This document shows positions 23,217 to 33,255 of a stretch of 64,000 nucleotides of DNA, in pieces (the stretch's first letter is position 1; the number at the start of each line of letters is the position of its first letter). A model generated the notes under the pieces. That model did no database searches. It saw only the letters and a list, made by a program, of their open reading frames with translations, and was not told the origin of the DNA. Position numbers and translations under genes: made by a program. This stretch comes from a virus (taxonomy: Duplodnaviria; Caudoviricetes): positions 1 to 64,000 of the IMG/VR virus record IMGVR_UViG_3300042294_002093. One strand, 5' to 3'.

Positions 23217-23567
23217 TTAGTAGTTAAAAATTCCCACATCGACTTTATTAAGTTTTGCTTCGCTAACTAATTTTGACAAACTTTCTTTTTCTTTTGATAA
23301 AAAAATAAAGTAGTTAAAATCAGACATGTTTTCTAAAATCCAGTCTGGTGCAACTTTATAAAACTTAATTTTTTTTCCTCTACTCTTCATACTACGTTCT
23401 GATAAATTTACAAACTCCATTACCATTGAATTAACTTTTGCTGGTCCTGCTGAGTAAATGTAAAAATACTGGTCATTTTCTTGTAAACCAGAAAGGGCAA
23501 CCCCAATAGATCGCAAGAAGACATTGTAATCTTCGAAACTATTCGTTCCTTGCACTCCCACTATCAT
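23217..23567 (-). CDS. hypothetical protein (SLOG/YspA-like N-terminus)
   Basis: IVGVQGTNSFEDY. Confidence 0.55.
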   Translation of the reverse strand: MIVGVQGTNSFEDYNVFLRSIGVALSGLQENDQYFYIYSAGPAKVNSMVMEFVNLSERSMKSRGKKIKFYKVAPDWILENMSDFNYFIFLSKEKESLSKLVSEAKLNKVDVGIFNY

Positions 23568-23961
23568 CGTCTAATCCCTCTCGCAATTTATCCATAATAA
23601 ACAGCATTTTATCTAATTCTACACTATCCATACCTATTGTGTCAACTACCTTTGTCGTTGCTGAGTCCACCCCATTATTATTTATAGATGCCTCGTAAAA
23701 AATATTATCTTTAACCCAATATGCCATACCCTCAATTATTATTACTCTAACATTTGTTTTGTTTTTATAAATTGTTGATTGGCACATTTTTTTCTTAATA
23801 GTTTTATTTATCATTGTTGGCAAAAGTGGTCGCACTAAATCAAAAATATGACTTTGACTATACCTTACTGTAAGTTTTTGTTTTTTTGTTTCTTCTTTTT
23901 TAATAAAAAACATACAAACAATTAAAATAAAGGTAGTAAAAGAGCCAATCAAATATTCCAT
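23539..23961 (-). CDS. membrane-anchored hypothetical protein
   Basis: ORF track; N-terminal TM. Confidence 0.7.
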   Translation of the reverse strand: MEYLIGSFTTFILIVCMFFIKKEETKKQKLTVRYSQSHIFDLVRPLLPTMINKTIKKKMCQSTIYKNKTNVRVIIIEGMAYWVKDNIFYEASINNNGVDSATTKVVDTIGMDSVELDKMLFIMDKLREGLDDDSGSARNE

Positions 23962-23982
23962 TTTAACCCCTTAATAATTATA

Positions 23983-24315
23983 CTACCTTTCTTTTTTTAA
24001 TGCCTTAAGAACTTCTTTTAATGTTATTTTGTTATTTTTTTTAAGTTTTTGCACTTCTTTATTGTCAAATGCTTTTTCTGTCAAACTTACAATTGGGTTG
24101 TTGTCAGTAACATCCATGTCAATAAATCCGTATTCCCAAAGTTGCATCATTTCTTGTGAAAAATATAGATTTACCTCATTTTGCAACTCACTTGAAAAAT
24201 CTTTTAGTTTGTCTGTAAAGGTATAAAGAATTTCCCCAGTCTCCTGATCAATTCCAGAAAACTCTAAACTTCCGTTTAAGATTAACTCCTCAATAAATTT
24301 ATCTTCTGGCTCCAT
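23983..24315 (-). CDS. hypothetical protein (related to 42669..42893)
   Basis: LILNGSLEFSGIDQETGEILYTFTDKLK similar to LVLQNALEISSIDSNTGEMLYSITDKLK. Confidence 0.7.
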   Translation of the reverse strand: MEPEDKFIEELILNGSLEFSGIDQETGEILYTFTDKLKDFSSELQNEVNLYFSQEMMQLWEYGFIDMDVTDNNPIVSLTEKAFDNKEVQKLKKNNKITLKEVLKALKKER

Positions 24316-24336
24316 TTATTTATCCAATATAAAAAT

Positions 24337-24744
24337 TTATTTGCCAGACTTTTTTCTAGCCTTAACAAGTGCATCAAAGTCTTTAACCTTAGTATCTCCT
24401 AAGTATCCCCATGCATATCCATCGTTAATCATCATGTCATTTAAGGATACTGTGTCTCCATTAATATATACCCAGCCCAAAATGCGACCATACTTTTCAG
24501 ATGAGTCCATCTTTTCAGTCTTAATAACAACAGACTTAGCATCCTTTAAAGCCTTCTTTAGGTACTCCTTAGACTCAAGACCAAGAGCCTTTTCTTTAAG
24601 ATCCTTTGTGCGAGACTCTGGTGTATCAATACCAGCCAATCTTACACGGGATTGAAAAAGAATGTCAAAACCCAAATCAATAAGAACGTCAATGGTATCT
24701 CCATCTACTACATTCTCTACTTTTCTTACATAATACTCATACAT
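24337..24744 (-). CDS. thermonuclease (SNase-like)
   Basis: VVDGDTID, RVRLAGIDTPE, EKYGRILG. Confidence 0.9.
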   Translation of the reverse strand: MYEYYVRKVENVVDGDTIDVLIDLGFDILFQSRVRLAGIDTPESRTKDLKEKALGLESKEYLKKALKDAKSVVIKTEKMDSSEKYGRILGWVYINGDTVSLNDMMINDGYAWGYLGDTKVKDFDALVKARKKSGK

Positions 24745-24760
24745 ATTCTGTCCTCTTTTT

Positions 24761-25381
24761 CTATACGTAGTCTATGTTTAATACAATTCTTAGCAAGTTA
24801 TCACTTGGTGGGGTTGATGAGTGGAAATAAGATCCATCAAAAACAATACCAGTTCCTGCTTTTGGTGAAACCGTTTCAATTATATCCATACTGCCTTCGT
24901 CTGAACCAAACTTTTTATTAAAAAATATAGTATCTCCGTCAGAATCATTTAGATAATAAAGAAAAACATTGTGCTTTATTGGTGTATCAACATGCATAAG
25001 GTTGTGATGTCCAGGTTTATTCATTGTTAAAACATTTATTCTGCATCTTAAGATTTTATTGTAAGATATTTTGTGTTTTTTACAAAACTTATCAAAAACC
25101 ATGGAGTGTTCATTATTGTTTAAATCTCCAATAATCTGAAAGCCACCTTTTGCATTTGGACTATTCATAGCAAGAGGCGTTTCATTAAAAGGAAAAACAT
25201 TTTGCTCTTTTAGGTAATCTGCTTTAAGTGCTGTTGTAATCCCTTTTAAAAGCCAGTTAATATTATTAGACTTTTCACTATTAAAGATTGTTTTAATAAA
25301 CAAATCTTGCTCTTCTTTAGACAAAAAATCATTATCTTTTATTAATACTGGACTACCCATTAAGTTTTTTTCTTTCGTCAA
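24761..25381 (-). CDS. 2OG-Fe(II) oxygenase-like protein
   Basis: HVD...LYYLNDSDGDT...FDG..FHSS...RIVLN. Confidence 0.8.
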   Translation of the reverse strand: MTKEKNLMGSPVLIKDNDFLSKEEQDLFIKTIFNSEKSNNINWLLKGITTALKADYLKEQNVFPFNETPLAMNSPNAKGGFQIIGDLNNNEHSMVFDKFCKKHKISYNKILRCRINVLTMNKPGHHNLMHVDTPIKHNVFLYYLNDSDGDTIFFNKKFGSDEGSMDIIETVSPKAGTGIVFDGSYFHSSTPPSDNLLRIVLNIDYV

Positions 25382-25580
25382 GGATTGTTATTGCAAACTT
25401 CATCATTTTTTCATATCCTACAGGATTATCCATAACACTATTATAGTGATGACCACAAAACAAAAGATCTCCATTTAAACCAGTTACCTGAACAAGTGCC
25501 TCTGCATTGCAGGAATCACATCGATCTAGTGGTGTAAGTGTCCATTGTTCTTTAACGTTATCTTTAGTCATTGTAAACAT
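25353..25580 (-). CDS. zinc-binding actinophage-type protein
   Basis: DRCDSC.A.A...LLFCGHH. Confidence 0.7.
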   Translation of the reverse strand: MFTMTKDNVKEQWTLTPLDRCDSCNAEALVQVTGLNGDLLFCGHHYNSVMDNPVGYEKMMKFAITILDERKKLNG

Positions 25581-25641
25581 ATTATACCTTCCGATTGTTG
25601 CCTATACATAAGTATATCCTAGTATGGCTAGTATGTCAAAG

Positions 25642-26244
25642 TTAGATATACTTAAGTCTTGATGCTTCTTCAGCAAGGGTAAATGTTATCCTAGATCTTT
25701 CATCTACTATTTTATGAAAGTCTTCATATACAACCCCATTGCTATAGTATCTGTAATACTCTCTTCTAAAATGAAAATTACAATAAAAAATACTTTCTGA
25801 AATTTTATCCATGTCTTTTATTGCAGTCCAATTTATTTTACCAATAACTAACTTAGTGGGAATAACTTTTACAAAGGCATCAGCAATACATCCCATAGTT
25901 TTATTATATGAATTAATTAATGAGCAACTGTGCCCAACGGTTTCTGTAGTTGTTACATTTTGTGCAAATGTTTCTTTTACCTTTTCTGTTTCATCTATTA
26001 TAAATTCTTGAATATTTTCTCCAGGTTTTAAATATCCATGTTTAATCATATGTACTTCATAGTAGTAATGATAGTCACATAGAAATTTTTTACCGTGTGT
26101 TCCCTCTATATAAACAAATGCTGGGGCAGCGCAAGATACCGTGGCATTTTGAGTAACTTTTTGCACTTCTAATATTGATAAAGGCAAGTGCATTTTTGCA
26201 TCAAATTGTTGACAGATTTGTCCTTTTGGTATGCTTGTTATCAT
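25642..26244 (-). CDS. hypothetical protein with two Cys/His modules
   Basis: C..PAFV...LCDYH and C..DAFV...YCNFH internal repeat. Confidence 0.65.
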   Translation of the reverse strand: MITSIPKGQICQQFDAKMHLPLSILEVQKVTQNATVSCAAPAFVYIEGTHGKKFLCDYHYYYEVHMIKHGYLKPGENIQEFIIDETEKVKETFAQNVTTTETVGHSCSLINSYNKTMGCIADAFVKVIPTKLVIGKINWTAIKDMDKISESIFYCNFHFRREYYRYYSNGVVYEDFHKIVDERSRITFTLAEEASRLKYI

Positions 26245-26426
26245 TTTTTCCTATTATCTGTGGAATAAAATCCACTACCGTTAAAAAGTGCTCCTACATT
26301 AGAGTATACACGAACTAAAGAAGTATTGCAAGTTTCACACTTATACCCAGGATCTCTATCCTTAATAGATCTTTCCTTGGTATATCTTTGTGCACATGGC
26401 ATGCAATCGTATTCGTAAACTGCCAT
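26241..26426 (-). CDS. FmdB-family zinc-ribbon protein
   Basis: YEYDCMPC...CETC...F.GSGFYSTD. Confidence 0.8.
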   Translation of the reverse strand: MAVYEYDCMPCAQRYTKERSIKDRDPGYKCETCNTSLVRVYSNVGALFNGSGFYSTDNRKK

Positions 26427-26533
26427 GCTTTATTTCTTCTTTGCTTTTACTGTCCAAACTGGAAGGTTAAGTTTATCTCCACGCCACTCATAACCAAGGA
26501 GTTTAACAACAAGTTTAATAATTTTAATTCTCA

Positions 26534-26707
26534 TTACTTTACCTTTCTTTCCCATTTTGTTTTTTCTTGTATAATTCCATCTTTGTCTCTGTCTACAGCA
26601 TTTGGATTAAAGCCTTCGGCAATTTTTTTATTCAGGATATTTTCTTTAATTGTGATAATAGAAATAGACAAAGCCATACCAACGTAAACTAATAATGCTT
26701 CTATCAT
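26534..26707 (-). CDS. small membrane protein
   Basis: TM plus DRDKDGIIQE. Confidence 0.55.
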   Translation of the reverse strand: MIEALLVYVGMALSISIITIKENILNKKIAEGFNPNAVDRDKDGIIQEKTKWERKVK

Positions 26708-26904
26708 TTTATTTTCTTTCCAAATCTTGCCCACAATCTTTCATGAACAAAGTACCCAAATGCTTCAATAGCAATGTAAAGAATAGCACCAAGACTTGCA
26801 TATTCCCACTCACCAGTAAAAATATAAATGATTCCAGCAAGAACTACAAGATGAAATGTTTCCCAACTAATTGTTTTAAGTGAAGATTTCTTGGTTGATT
26901 CCAT
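26704..26904 (-). CDS. DUF2061-like small membrane protein
   Basis: SSLKTISW...YFVHERLW. Confidence 0.7.
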   Translation of the reverse strand: MESTKKSSLKTISWETFHLVVLAGIIYIFTGEWEYASLGAILYIAIEAFGYFVHERLWARFGKKIK

Positions 26905-27452
26905 TACTTTACCTTGTTTAGCAAAGGAGTGTTTTCTTCTCCAACATATACTGGACGACCCCAACCAACAACACCATTAAGCAACTTCTTCTTATTGTTT
27001 TTTACATAACCACGAGTCTTCTCTACGCACATTCCTCCGTTGCGTTGATCTCCCTTTGCAGTTCCTGAAGTATTTCCTTCAATAACTTGAATCGTTCCAT
27101 CGCCATTGTTCTTTATACAAATACCAACATGAGAAATTCTGTTAACACCATCTTCTGGGAAATCAAAATAAATCCAGTCACCTGGAGTTGGATCATCATT
27201 ACGTGCATCTGCCCAACGGTTATTCTTTTTAAACCAATCAGATGCTGCGACTGTTGATGCAGACTTTGGATACTTCTTTGGATCTAATCCTGATGTGAAT
27301 GCACACCAAGAAACAAATGACTGGCACCATGGTTGAAAATTCACTCCAGTCCATTTACCGTACTTTGTTTCATTGTCTTTTGGACCTTCAATGGTTCCAA
27401 CTTCTTTTTTAGCCACTTCAATAATTGCCTTTAGTGTTCCTTTATCAGCCAT
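26904..27452 (-). CDS. CHAP-domain peptidoglycan hydrolase (endolysin-like)
   Basis: PWCQSFVSW, PGDWIYF, SHVGI, IEGNT. Confidence 0.85.
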   Translation of the reverse strand: MADKGTLKAIIEVAKKEVGTIEGPKDNETKYGKWTGVNFQPWCQSFVSWCAFTSGLDPKKYPKSASTVAASDWFKKNNRWADARNDDPTPGDWIYFDFPEDGVNRISHVGICIKNNGDGTIQVIEGNTSGTAKGDQRNGGMCVEKTRGYVKNNKKKLLNGVVGWGRPVYVGEENTPLLNKVK

Positions 27453-27490
27453 TTTATTCCTCCTATAGAATATGTATTAATTATACCAGA

Positions 27491-28915
27491 TTAGCGTGTA
27501 ATTGTAAAGTTATATGTTTTTTCCCATGCCTGAATGTCTAGTTCATCATTGAGAAGTGGTTGGCCTTTAATATTAAGGCTAGTATTAAGAAGAACTGGCA
27601 CCCCAGTCTGTAAATAAAATTTATTTAAAGTCCTCCATAGTCCACGATGTTGATATTTATTTACAGTCTGAACTCTTGATGTTCCATCTTTATGCACTAC
27701 TGATGGTATTTTATCAGGCTGTAAACATTTAACTGTATATTGCATATATGGGGAATCAAAGTCCATATCAAACCATTTGTCTGCACACTCCTCCATAACA
27801 ACTGGAGCAAATGGCCTAAATAATTCTCTTTGTTTAATTAAATTAACTTTGTCCTTGATTAAAGGATCTCTTGGATCTGCCAAGATACTTCTATTACCCA
27901 ATGCTCTTGGACCATACTCTGCTCTCCCTGTTGCTACTGCTACGATTCCGTCTTTTAATATACCGTCAACAATTTGCTGAACAGGGTACTCTCCTCCAAG
28001 ATCATGGCCAAGGTATGGATCTTTCCATTCTAAATGTTTGCCATATAGTGCTGCTGCTGCACCCAAAGAACTTCCAGCATCTCCAGGGTTTGGCATAATC
28101 CAAACATCATCAAATATATTCCATAACAAGGTATTTGCAGAAGAGTTTAAAGCACATCCACCCATAAAAACTAGTTCATGTTTACCAGTTATTTTTTTTG
28201 CATGAACCATAAAATCAAACAGCCTTAATTCATAAACTTTTTGAACTGCTGCTGCTATGTCAAACTTATCTTGCTCGGTTATTTCTTGTCCCCAGTCAGT
28301 GATTCCTTTATGAAAATTATATTTTTGATAACCTATTGAGGGAAAATACTGAAAAACTTTTTGATAATATTTAGTCCAGTCTCCATATGCTGCCATACCC
28401 ATCATTATATATTCTTCCTGATTTGGCATTAAGCCAACCAATTTAGTGAATGCGGAATAAAATAGTCCGAAACTAAAAGGGTAGTTTATTTTTTCTTTGA
28501 GAGTTATTGAAGATCCTTCTCCAACCCAGATAGTGGAAGTGTTATATTCACCCATTGAATCTAATACTACAATAACGGCATCATCAAACTTGCTTGTATA
28601 GTACCCCGCTGCTGCGTGAGAGTAGTGATGTTTAAAAGATATTCTTGGAATATTTTCTATATTAAAACGTGGTCTCCATTCTCCTAAACCACCCTTAATA
28701 AACAATCTAGAGGCCTTTAGGAGAGGCTTTTCGTAATAGGCAATGTAATCTGGTGTGCCATACTGCAAAGCATCTTTTATTAAACTATCATTGATATACC
28801 AGTCATTTTTTTGTTTGCTATACCTTTCAGCATGCCCCGCAAAAATAATTTCGCCATCTTTAATCAATGACACAGAGGCATCATGAGACGTTTCGTTTAC
28901 TCCAAGAATTATCAT
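27491..28915 (-). CDS. carbamoyltransferase (NodU/CmcH family)
   Basis: HDAS, HHYSHAA, MGMAAYG, GGCALN, EYGPRALGNRS, RPFAP, LNTSLN. Confidence 0.92.
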   Translation of the reverse strand: MIILGVNETSHDASVSLIKDGEIIFAGHAERYSKQKNDWYINDSLIKDALQYGTPDYIAYYEKPLLKASRLFIKGGLGEWRPRFNIENIPRISFKHHYSHAAAGYYTSKFDDAVIVVLDSMGEYNTSTIWVGEGSSITLKEKINYPFSFGLFYSAFTKLVGLMPNQEEYIMMGMAAYGDWTKYYQKVFQYFPSIGYQKYNFHKGITDWGQEITEQDKFDIAAAVQKVYELRLFDFMVHAKKITGKHELVFMGGCALNSSANTLLWNIFDDVWIMPNPGDAGSSLGAAAALYGKHLEWKDPYLGHDLGGEYPVQQIVDGILKDGIVAVATGRAEYGPRALGNRSILADPRDPLIKDKVNLIKQRELFRPFAPVVMEECADKWFDMDFDSPYMQYTVKCLQPDKIPSVVHKDGTSRVQTVNKYQHRGLWRTLNKFYLQTGVPVLLNTSLNIKGQPLLNDELDIQAWEKTYNFTITR

Positions 28916-28922
28916 TTTGTCC

Positions 28923-29009
28923 TTAATAAATATATCTTTGGCCTTTGTCATGCTTCTTTATTTTTTTTAAAAGAAAATACATTTTAATTTTTTTAATAAT
29001 TTTTTTCAT
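28923..29009 (-). CDS. 28 aa Lys-rich peptide (MKKIIKKIKMYFLLKKIKKHDKGQRYIY)
   Basis: manual translation; fills the gap, ATGA-coupled to the upstream gene. Confidence 0.4.
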   Translation of the reverse strand: MKKIIKKIKMYFLLKKIKKHDKGQRYIY

Positions 29010-29665
29010 GCTTCTCCTGTTGAGTGTATCATATTTTTCATATTGTGGAACCAATGTGGCAAAGAATATCTAAATCCAGAAGTAATTGGATGAACTTCAT
29101 GTATGTATAAAAAATTTGAAGGGAAAAATATAATGCTTCCTGCTGGTGGTTTAATCTTTATATTAGAGTTAACAAACTCAATTTCTCCGCCTTCATAGTC
29201 ATCATTTAAATACATGACTGTTGATAATACCCTGCTGCTTACGCCATGATCTTGATGTGCTGGAAGAAATCCATTAACTCCGTACTTTAATAAATGAATG
29301 TTGTATTCTCTGTTTTTGATATTTTGTCCAGCAAATGGATACAAAACATTGGTATAGTGATCGGCGCTTCTATCTAATGCTCTATACAATTCTGTTGATA
29401 TTAACTTTTGGTCGTTGTAATAAAAATCATTTTCTTGAATATCTTCTGGTTTTGGGAAAAACTTTTGCTCACAAAACAACTTATCTCCATGTGACCAATT
29501 TTTCCAATGCTCTGCCTGAGTAAAAGATCCATTGTGAGCGTTAATTTTTAGTCTATCATCTATACCATTAACCATCTCTATAATTTTTTGTGGATTATTA
29601 ATTACATTTTTATAAAGAACCAAACCAAGATCAAAAACTTCATAATCAAATGTTTCTGTATTCAC
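29006..29665 (-). CDS. 2OG-Fe(II) oxygenase (P4H-like)
   Basis: HQD...YLNDDYEGGEI...HEV...RY. Confidence 0.85.
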   Translation of the reverse strand: MNTETFDYEVFDLGLVLYKNVINNPQKIIEMVNGIDDRLKINAHNGSFTQAEHWKNWSHGDKLFCEQKFFPKPEDIQENDFYYNDQKLISTELYRALDRSADHYTNVLYPFAGQNIKNREYNIHLLKYGVNGFLPAHQDHGVSSRVLSTVMYLNDDYEGGEIEFVNSNIKIKPPAGSIIFFPSNFLYIHEVHPITSGFRYSLPHWFHNMKNMIHSTGEA

Positions 29666-30239
29666 TTTGAATCGCCCTCCACTTCATGTCGTCGTCTTCT
29701 GGTGCAAACTCTGGATCACAATGTTCTGGTAGGCTAGTATGCATATACAGTGCTGTATGCCTTTTCCCAGATTTAATTTCAGTTATTCCATGAATGTATT
29801 CTGATCCTGCACTTGGAAAAAATACAGCAGAATATTTTTTGGGTTTGTATACAAAATTTTGATTTGGAAAATATATATCTCCACCTTCAAACTCATCATT
29901 AAGGTATATTATGGTGCTCCACTCAATAAATGGCTCAGGACCTTGAGCATCTATATGAAGGTCTCCTTTTGTTCCTGGAAGCCAACAAGAACCAAATGCT
30001 TTGAATGTGTATATTGGATTAACAAACCCATTAAACTCTTTGTGTTTTTCATTAGAAAGAAAACTATATTTTTTTAATACATCCATAACATTTTTATTAT
30101 ATGGGAAAGCGGTACCACCAAATCTTTCTTTGTAATATTCTGGATAGGGGTTTGTTTCGCTTGGACTTAACTGTTCATCAATCAAAATCCTTGCATCTTC
30201 TTCGCTTATAAAGTTATCAACTATACTAATTCTATGCAT
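29646..30239 (-). CDS. 2OG-Fe(II) oxygenase (P4H-like)
   Basis: HID...YLNDEFEGGDI...HGI...RH. Confidence 0.85.
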   Translation of the reverse strand: MHRISIVDNFISEEDARILIDEQLSPSETNPYPEYYKERFGGTAFPYNKNVMDVLKKYSFLSNEKHKEFNGFVNPIYTFKAFGSCWLPGTKGDLHIDAQGPEPFIEWSTIIYLNDEFEGGDIYFPNQNFVYKPKKYSAVFFPSAGSEYIHGITEIKSGKRHTALYMHTSLPEHCDPEFAPEDDDMKWRAIQSEYRNI

Positions 30240-30281
30240 ACGATTTCCCTTTACTAAACATATTTTAATGCCTTTATTCTA

Positions 30282-31106
30282 TTATACTATAGATATAAAA
30301 CTATATGGTTTTAAGAATCTGCCTTCATCTAAATGCGATAGATTAGTTTCCGCAGTATTGTATTCAACATCATCAACCTGGTATGGCATTTTTGATATAG
30401 TTTTTAGATCAACTCCATGAACATTTTTAAACATCTCTGTATCATATGAACGCAAAAATTTTATCAGTTTATTATATCCATTATATATAGAGTATGGTCT
30501 ATAAACCTTATAGTCAAAAGATCCTGTTGAACAAAATTTGCTTGGCAAAGAATATATTTGATAACTGTTATTTATTAATGTTAAAGATAACAGTAAATCT
30601 TGACCAACACCCTTTAGACTAATAAGTTTATTTAAAAAAATAAAACAGTTTCCACCCATAAAAATAAATGACATATCAGCATAGTTTGTCAAAAGAAGTT
30701 CAGTAGACGTCTCTACTTCTTTTTTTATAAAATAGCCGTCTATATTTATTTTTACCTTACCAGTACCAGAAATAATCATCTTACCTTTAAGGCTATTTAT
30801 TAAAAAAACATCCCAGTCTGGCTCTATATATTTTATAGAAGACACTTCCATATAAAAATCAGATTTGTCTAATGAAAGAACTTTTTTTCTATAAACAGAA
30901 ATGCCAGAATAGTCATTCCAATTTACAAAATTATAAACAACTCCTTCTATGTTTTTAAAAATATACTCACGATTTATATTGCTTTGATCGTAAACATAAT
31001 AAACTACTTTGTTTGTTCTACTTTCATTATTTTTTAAAAGTAATATTTGGTCATATAAATCTTTTTCTTTGTAAGAATAAATAAAAACCTTTATATACTT
31101 TTTCAT
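30282..31106 (-). CDS. GT-A / GT60 (Skp1 hydroxyproline GlcNAc-transferase)-like protein, divergent
   Basis: IKVFIYSYKE...DQ...G...R...DFYMEVSS..IEPDWD..LI resembles the Gnt1 N-terminal pattern. Confidence 0.45.
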   Translation of the reverse strand: MKKYIKVFIYSYKEKDLYDQILLLKNNESRTNKVVYYVYDQSNINREYIFKNIEGVVYNFVNWNDYSGISVYRKKVLSLDKSDFYMEVSSIKYIEPDWDVFLINSLKGKMIISGTGKVKINIDGYFIKKEVETSTELLLTNYADMSFIFMGGNCFIFLNKLISLKGVGQDLLLSLTLINNSYQIYSLPSKFCSTGSFDYKVYRPYSIYNGYNKLIKFLRSYDTEMFKNVHGVDLKTISKMPYQVDDVEYNTAETNLSHLDEGRFLKPYSFISIV

Positions 31107-31762
31107 ATTAATGGAATATAGTGTTGTTCTGGAGTAAGGTGATTAAGCATTTTAAGAGGAATTACGTCATAGGCTAAAGTTACACGAGCCCCGTCCCAAT
31201 CCCAATCACCCATTGCATGTGGGTGACCCATCTCAGAGACAATTAGTCGATTATCTAAATTTTTATTCTCAAAAATCTTTTCTTCCTTATTGTCAATTTT
31301 ATACCAAGTAGATGAAGGCTCTGCTTTTATACAGTAATAGCCATGAAAAAATGGTGCCCATGGTCCACCGTGATCATGCCAGTTCAACTTTCCAACTTTT
31401 CTATCATTAATATTAAACCAACCTTGGACCATATATTGCTGCTCTTCAAAATTAATTCCGTAGTATTCACATGCTTCTTTTACTGTATCTCTAAGAGCAA
31501 CAAAGATCTTGTAGATTTCAGGACTGTAGAATTGAAAAACGTTATACTCTTTCCATTTTATAGTTGATAAACTTCCAGACTCAAGCCAGTATTCCTGTCC
31601 TTCTGAGTGTAATGGCTTAACTCCCTTAAGAGTGGCTTGTTCAATCTCTGTATACTTTGACTTTAAAAATTTTTCTAACTGATCTAGATCATTATCTAAA
31701 AATCTTTCAAAAAACTTATGAGGCTTATCATATGTCTTTGGCTTGTTGTATATGTTGTTCAT
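31103..31762 (-). CDS. putative 2OG-Fe(II) oxygenase (paralog of 17375..18031)
   Basis: WHDH...HGYYC...H...RVTLAYD. Confidence 0.7.
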   Translation of the reverse strand: MNNIYNKPKTYDKPHKFFERFLDNDLDQLEKFLKSKYTEIEQATLKGVKPLHSEGQEYWLESGSLSTIKWKEYNVFQFYSPEIYKIFVALRDTVKEACEYYGINFEEQQYMVQGWFNINDRKVGKLNWHDHGGPWAPFFHGYYCIKAEPSSTWYKIDNKEEKIFENKNLDNRLIVSEMGHPHAMGDWDWDGARVTLAYDVIPLKMLNHLTPEQHYIPLI

Positions 31763-31772
31763 TCTTTCTCCT

Positions 31773-32510
31773 TTAGTAGTTTTTCTTTTGCCAAGTTGTT
31801 TTTTTGTAATGCGCTGTAACGTGAGACCTTCTTTTTTCTTCTCTGATCCTGTGCTCAGAAACAGACTCTAAACTTGTATCAATTTCAAGTTCCCAGTCAT
31901 CCCTTTTAATCGGAATCATTTGAAAAAGTGGAGTTCCAGCCTCTATTATACCAATAAAATCCCTTTTTAGAAAAAATGGTACAAATACAGGAAGGCCCCA
32001 TATGTCTGAATCAACTATTGCTGAAGGTACATAGAATGGAAGGTCAAACCTATTCATTGGGTGAGTTATTAAAAGTGAGTATCCTGGAGGTGTTTTATAA
32101 TACCAAGACATCTTCCATCCAAACTGAACAGGGTAACACTCTTTTGGTATTGGCATATCTACCTTTGGCCTACTATCTAAAATAATAAATTTAGATTGCC
32201 AAGATATTTTAGGTTTTCCTAAAGTATTAACCTCTACGGTTAAGTCTTCTGATAGTGGTTGCAAGTATCCAGAAACCATTGCATCCAAAAATGGCGGACA
32301 AAGTTTTGTTGATACATCTGATCCATCGCTACCTCTGTCATTTACTGGATGTAAGTATGCAATATTTTTGCTAGATGACTGATTATATCCACCTAAGTCT
32401 TTATACCAATCTGGTATAGCATCTTTTGCGGATATTGGACTTTTGTTATAATCTATAAATTCTTTGTTTTCAGAAATAGAAATAAAAGACATCTTATTCT
32501 TTATACTCAT
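31773..32510 (-). CDS. hypothetical protein with a dUTPase-like beta fold
   Basis: KLCPPFLDAM, TPPGYSLLITHP.N, GTPLFQMIP. Confidence 0.6.
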   Translation of the reverse strand: MSIKNKMSFISISENKEFIDYNKSPISAKDAIPDWYKDLGGYNQSSSKNIAYLHPVNDRGSDGSDVSTKLCPPFLDAMVSGYLQPLSEDLTVEVNTLGKPKISWQSKFIILDSRPKVDMPIPKECYPVQFGWKMSWYYKTPPGYSLLITHPMNRFDLPFYVPSAIVDSDIWGLPVFVPFFLKRDFIGIIEAGTPLFQMIPIKRDDWELEIDTSLESVSEHRIREEKRRSHVTAHYKKTTWQKKNY

Positions 32511-33162
32511 TTATCAAACTTTCTACTATTTCTTTATCTTTTATTATAATATCAAACTGTGGTGAACCTATTTCTAGTATACCATAATCTATATTTTCAT
32601 AAGAACTCATATACTCTTTACTATTTATAATAGAGAAGTCAACCCAGGATGGTTCTAAAAATTGATCACTAGTACTAACTTTTTTAAAATTTATTGTTTT
32701 ATTAAAAATAAAAAATGGGGATCCGTCTATTCCAGAAATATCAAACTCTATATCTTTATCAAAAACCCAAGGAGTATAAAATCTATAAATTGCATTAAAG
32801 CATTTGCTTGGAACATCGTATATATTTGGTGATGGATAAAACTGCCTTTGCCACGTTTTATCTAGTGCATATAAACCATTAACTTGTGGTTCAACCCATA
32901 TTTCAGCGTGTGTTTTTTGTCTTATAATTGCAAAATCTTCTTGCAATATAAGTTCTGGCTTATTTGAAAAATGAAATGCATATCCATTTATTGGCTTAAT
33001 TAATTTATTATCGTAGTTCCTGTTGCGATATATATATGATTCCGACCACTCAGGAAAAATTGTACGGTTATCTGTACATATATCTTTAAATGTTTTTGTT
33101 GATGAGTTAATCCATGATAGTGAACCAACTATATTATTTTTACAAAAACTATTAATATCCAT
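32494..33162 (-). CDS. hypothetical protein
   Basis: ORF track, 222 aa. Confidence 0.65.
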   Translation of the reverse strand: MDINSFCKNNIVGSLSWINSSTKTFKDICTDNRTIFPEWSESYIYRNRNYDNKLIKPINGYAFHFSNKPELILQEDFAIIRQKTHAEIWVEPQVNGLYALDKTWQRQFYPSPNIYDVPSKCFNAIYRFYTPWVFDKDIEFDISGIDGSPFFIFNKTINFKKVSTSDQFLEPSWVDFSIINSKEYMSSYENIDYGILEIGSPQFDIIIKDKEIVESLINEYKE

Positions 33163-33174
33163 TCATTTCCTTTG

Positions 33175-33247
33175 CTGGGGTGGCAGGCATCGATCCTGCG
33201 ACATCCGAATTAACAGTTCGGCACTCTACCATCTGAGTTACACCCCA
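33175..33247 (-). tRNA. tRNA-Asn(GTT)
   Basis: TGGGGTG/CACCCCA, loop CTGTTAA; T-loop ATCGATG atypical. Confidence 0.85.
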
Positions 33248-33255
33248 CCATTCTC

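Noticed and set aside
17375-31762. Similar genes 17375..18031 and 31103..31762 as a DGR template/variable repeat pair
   Set aside because: Both are full ORFs with differences spread throughout and an indel; no reverse transcriptase in the window. Ordinary paralogs.
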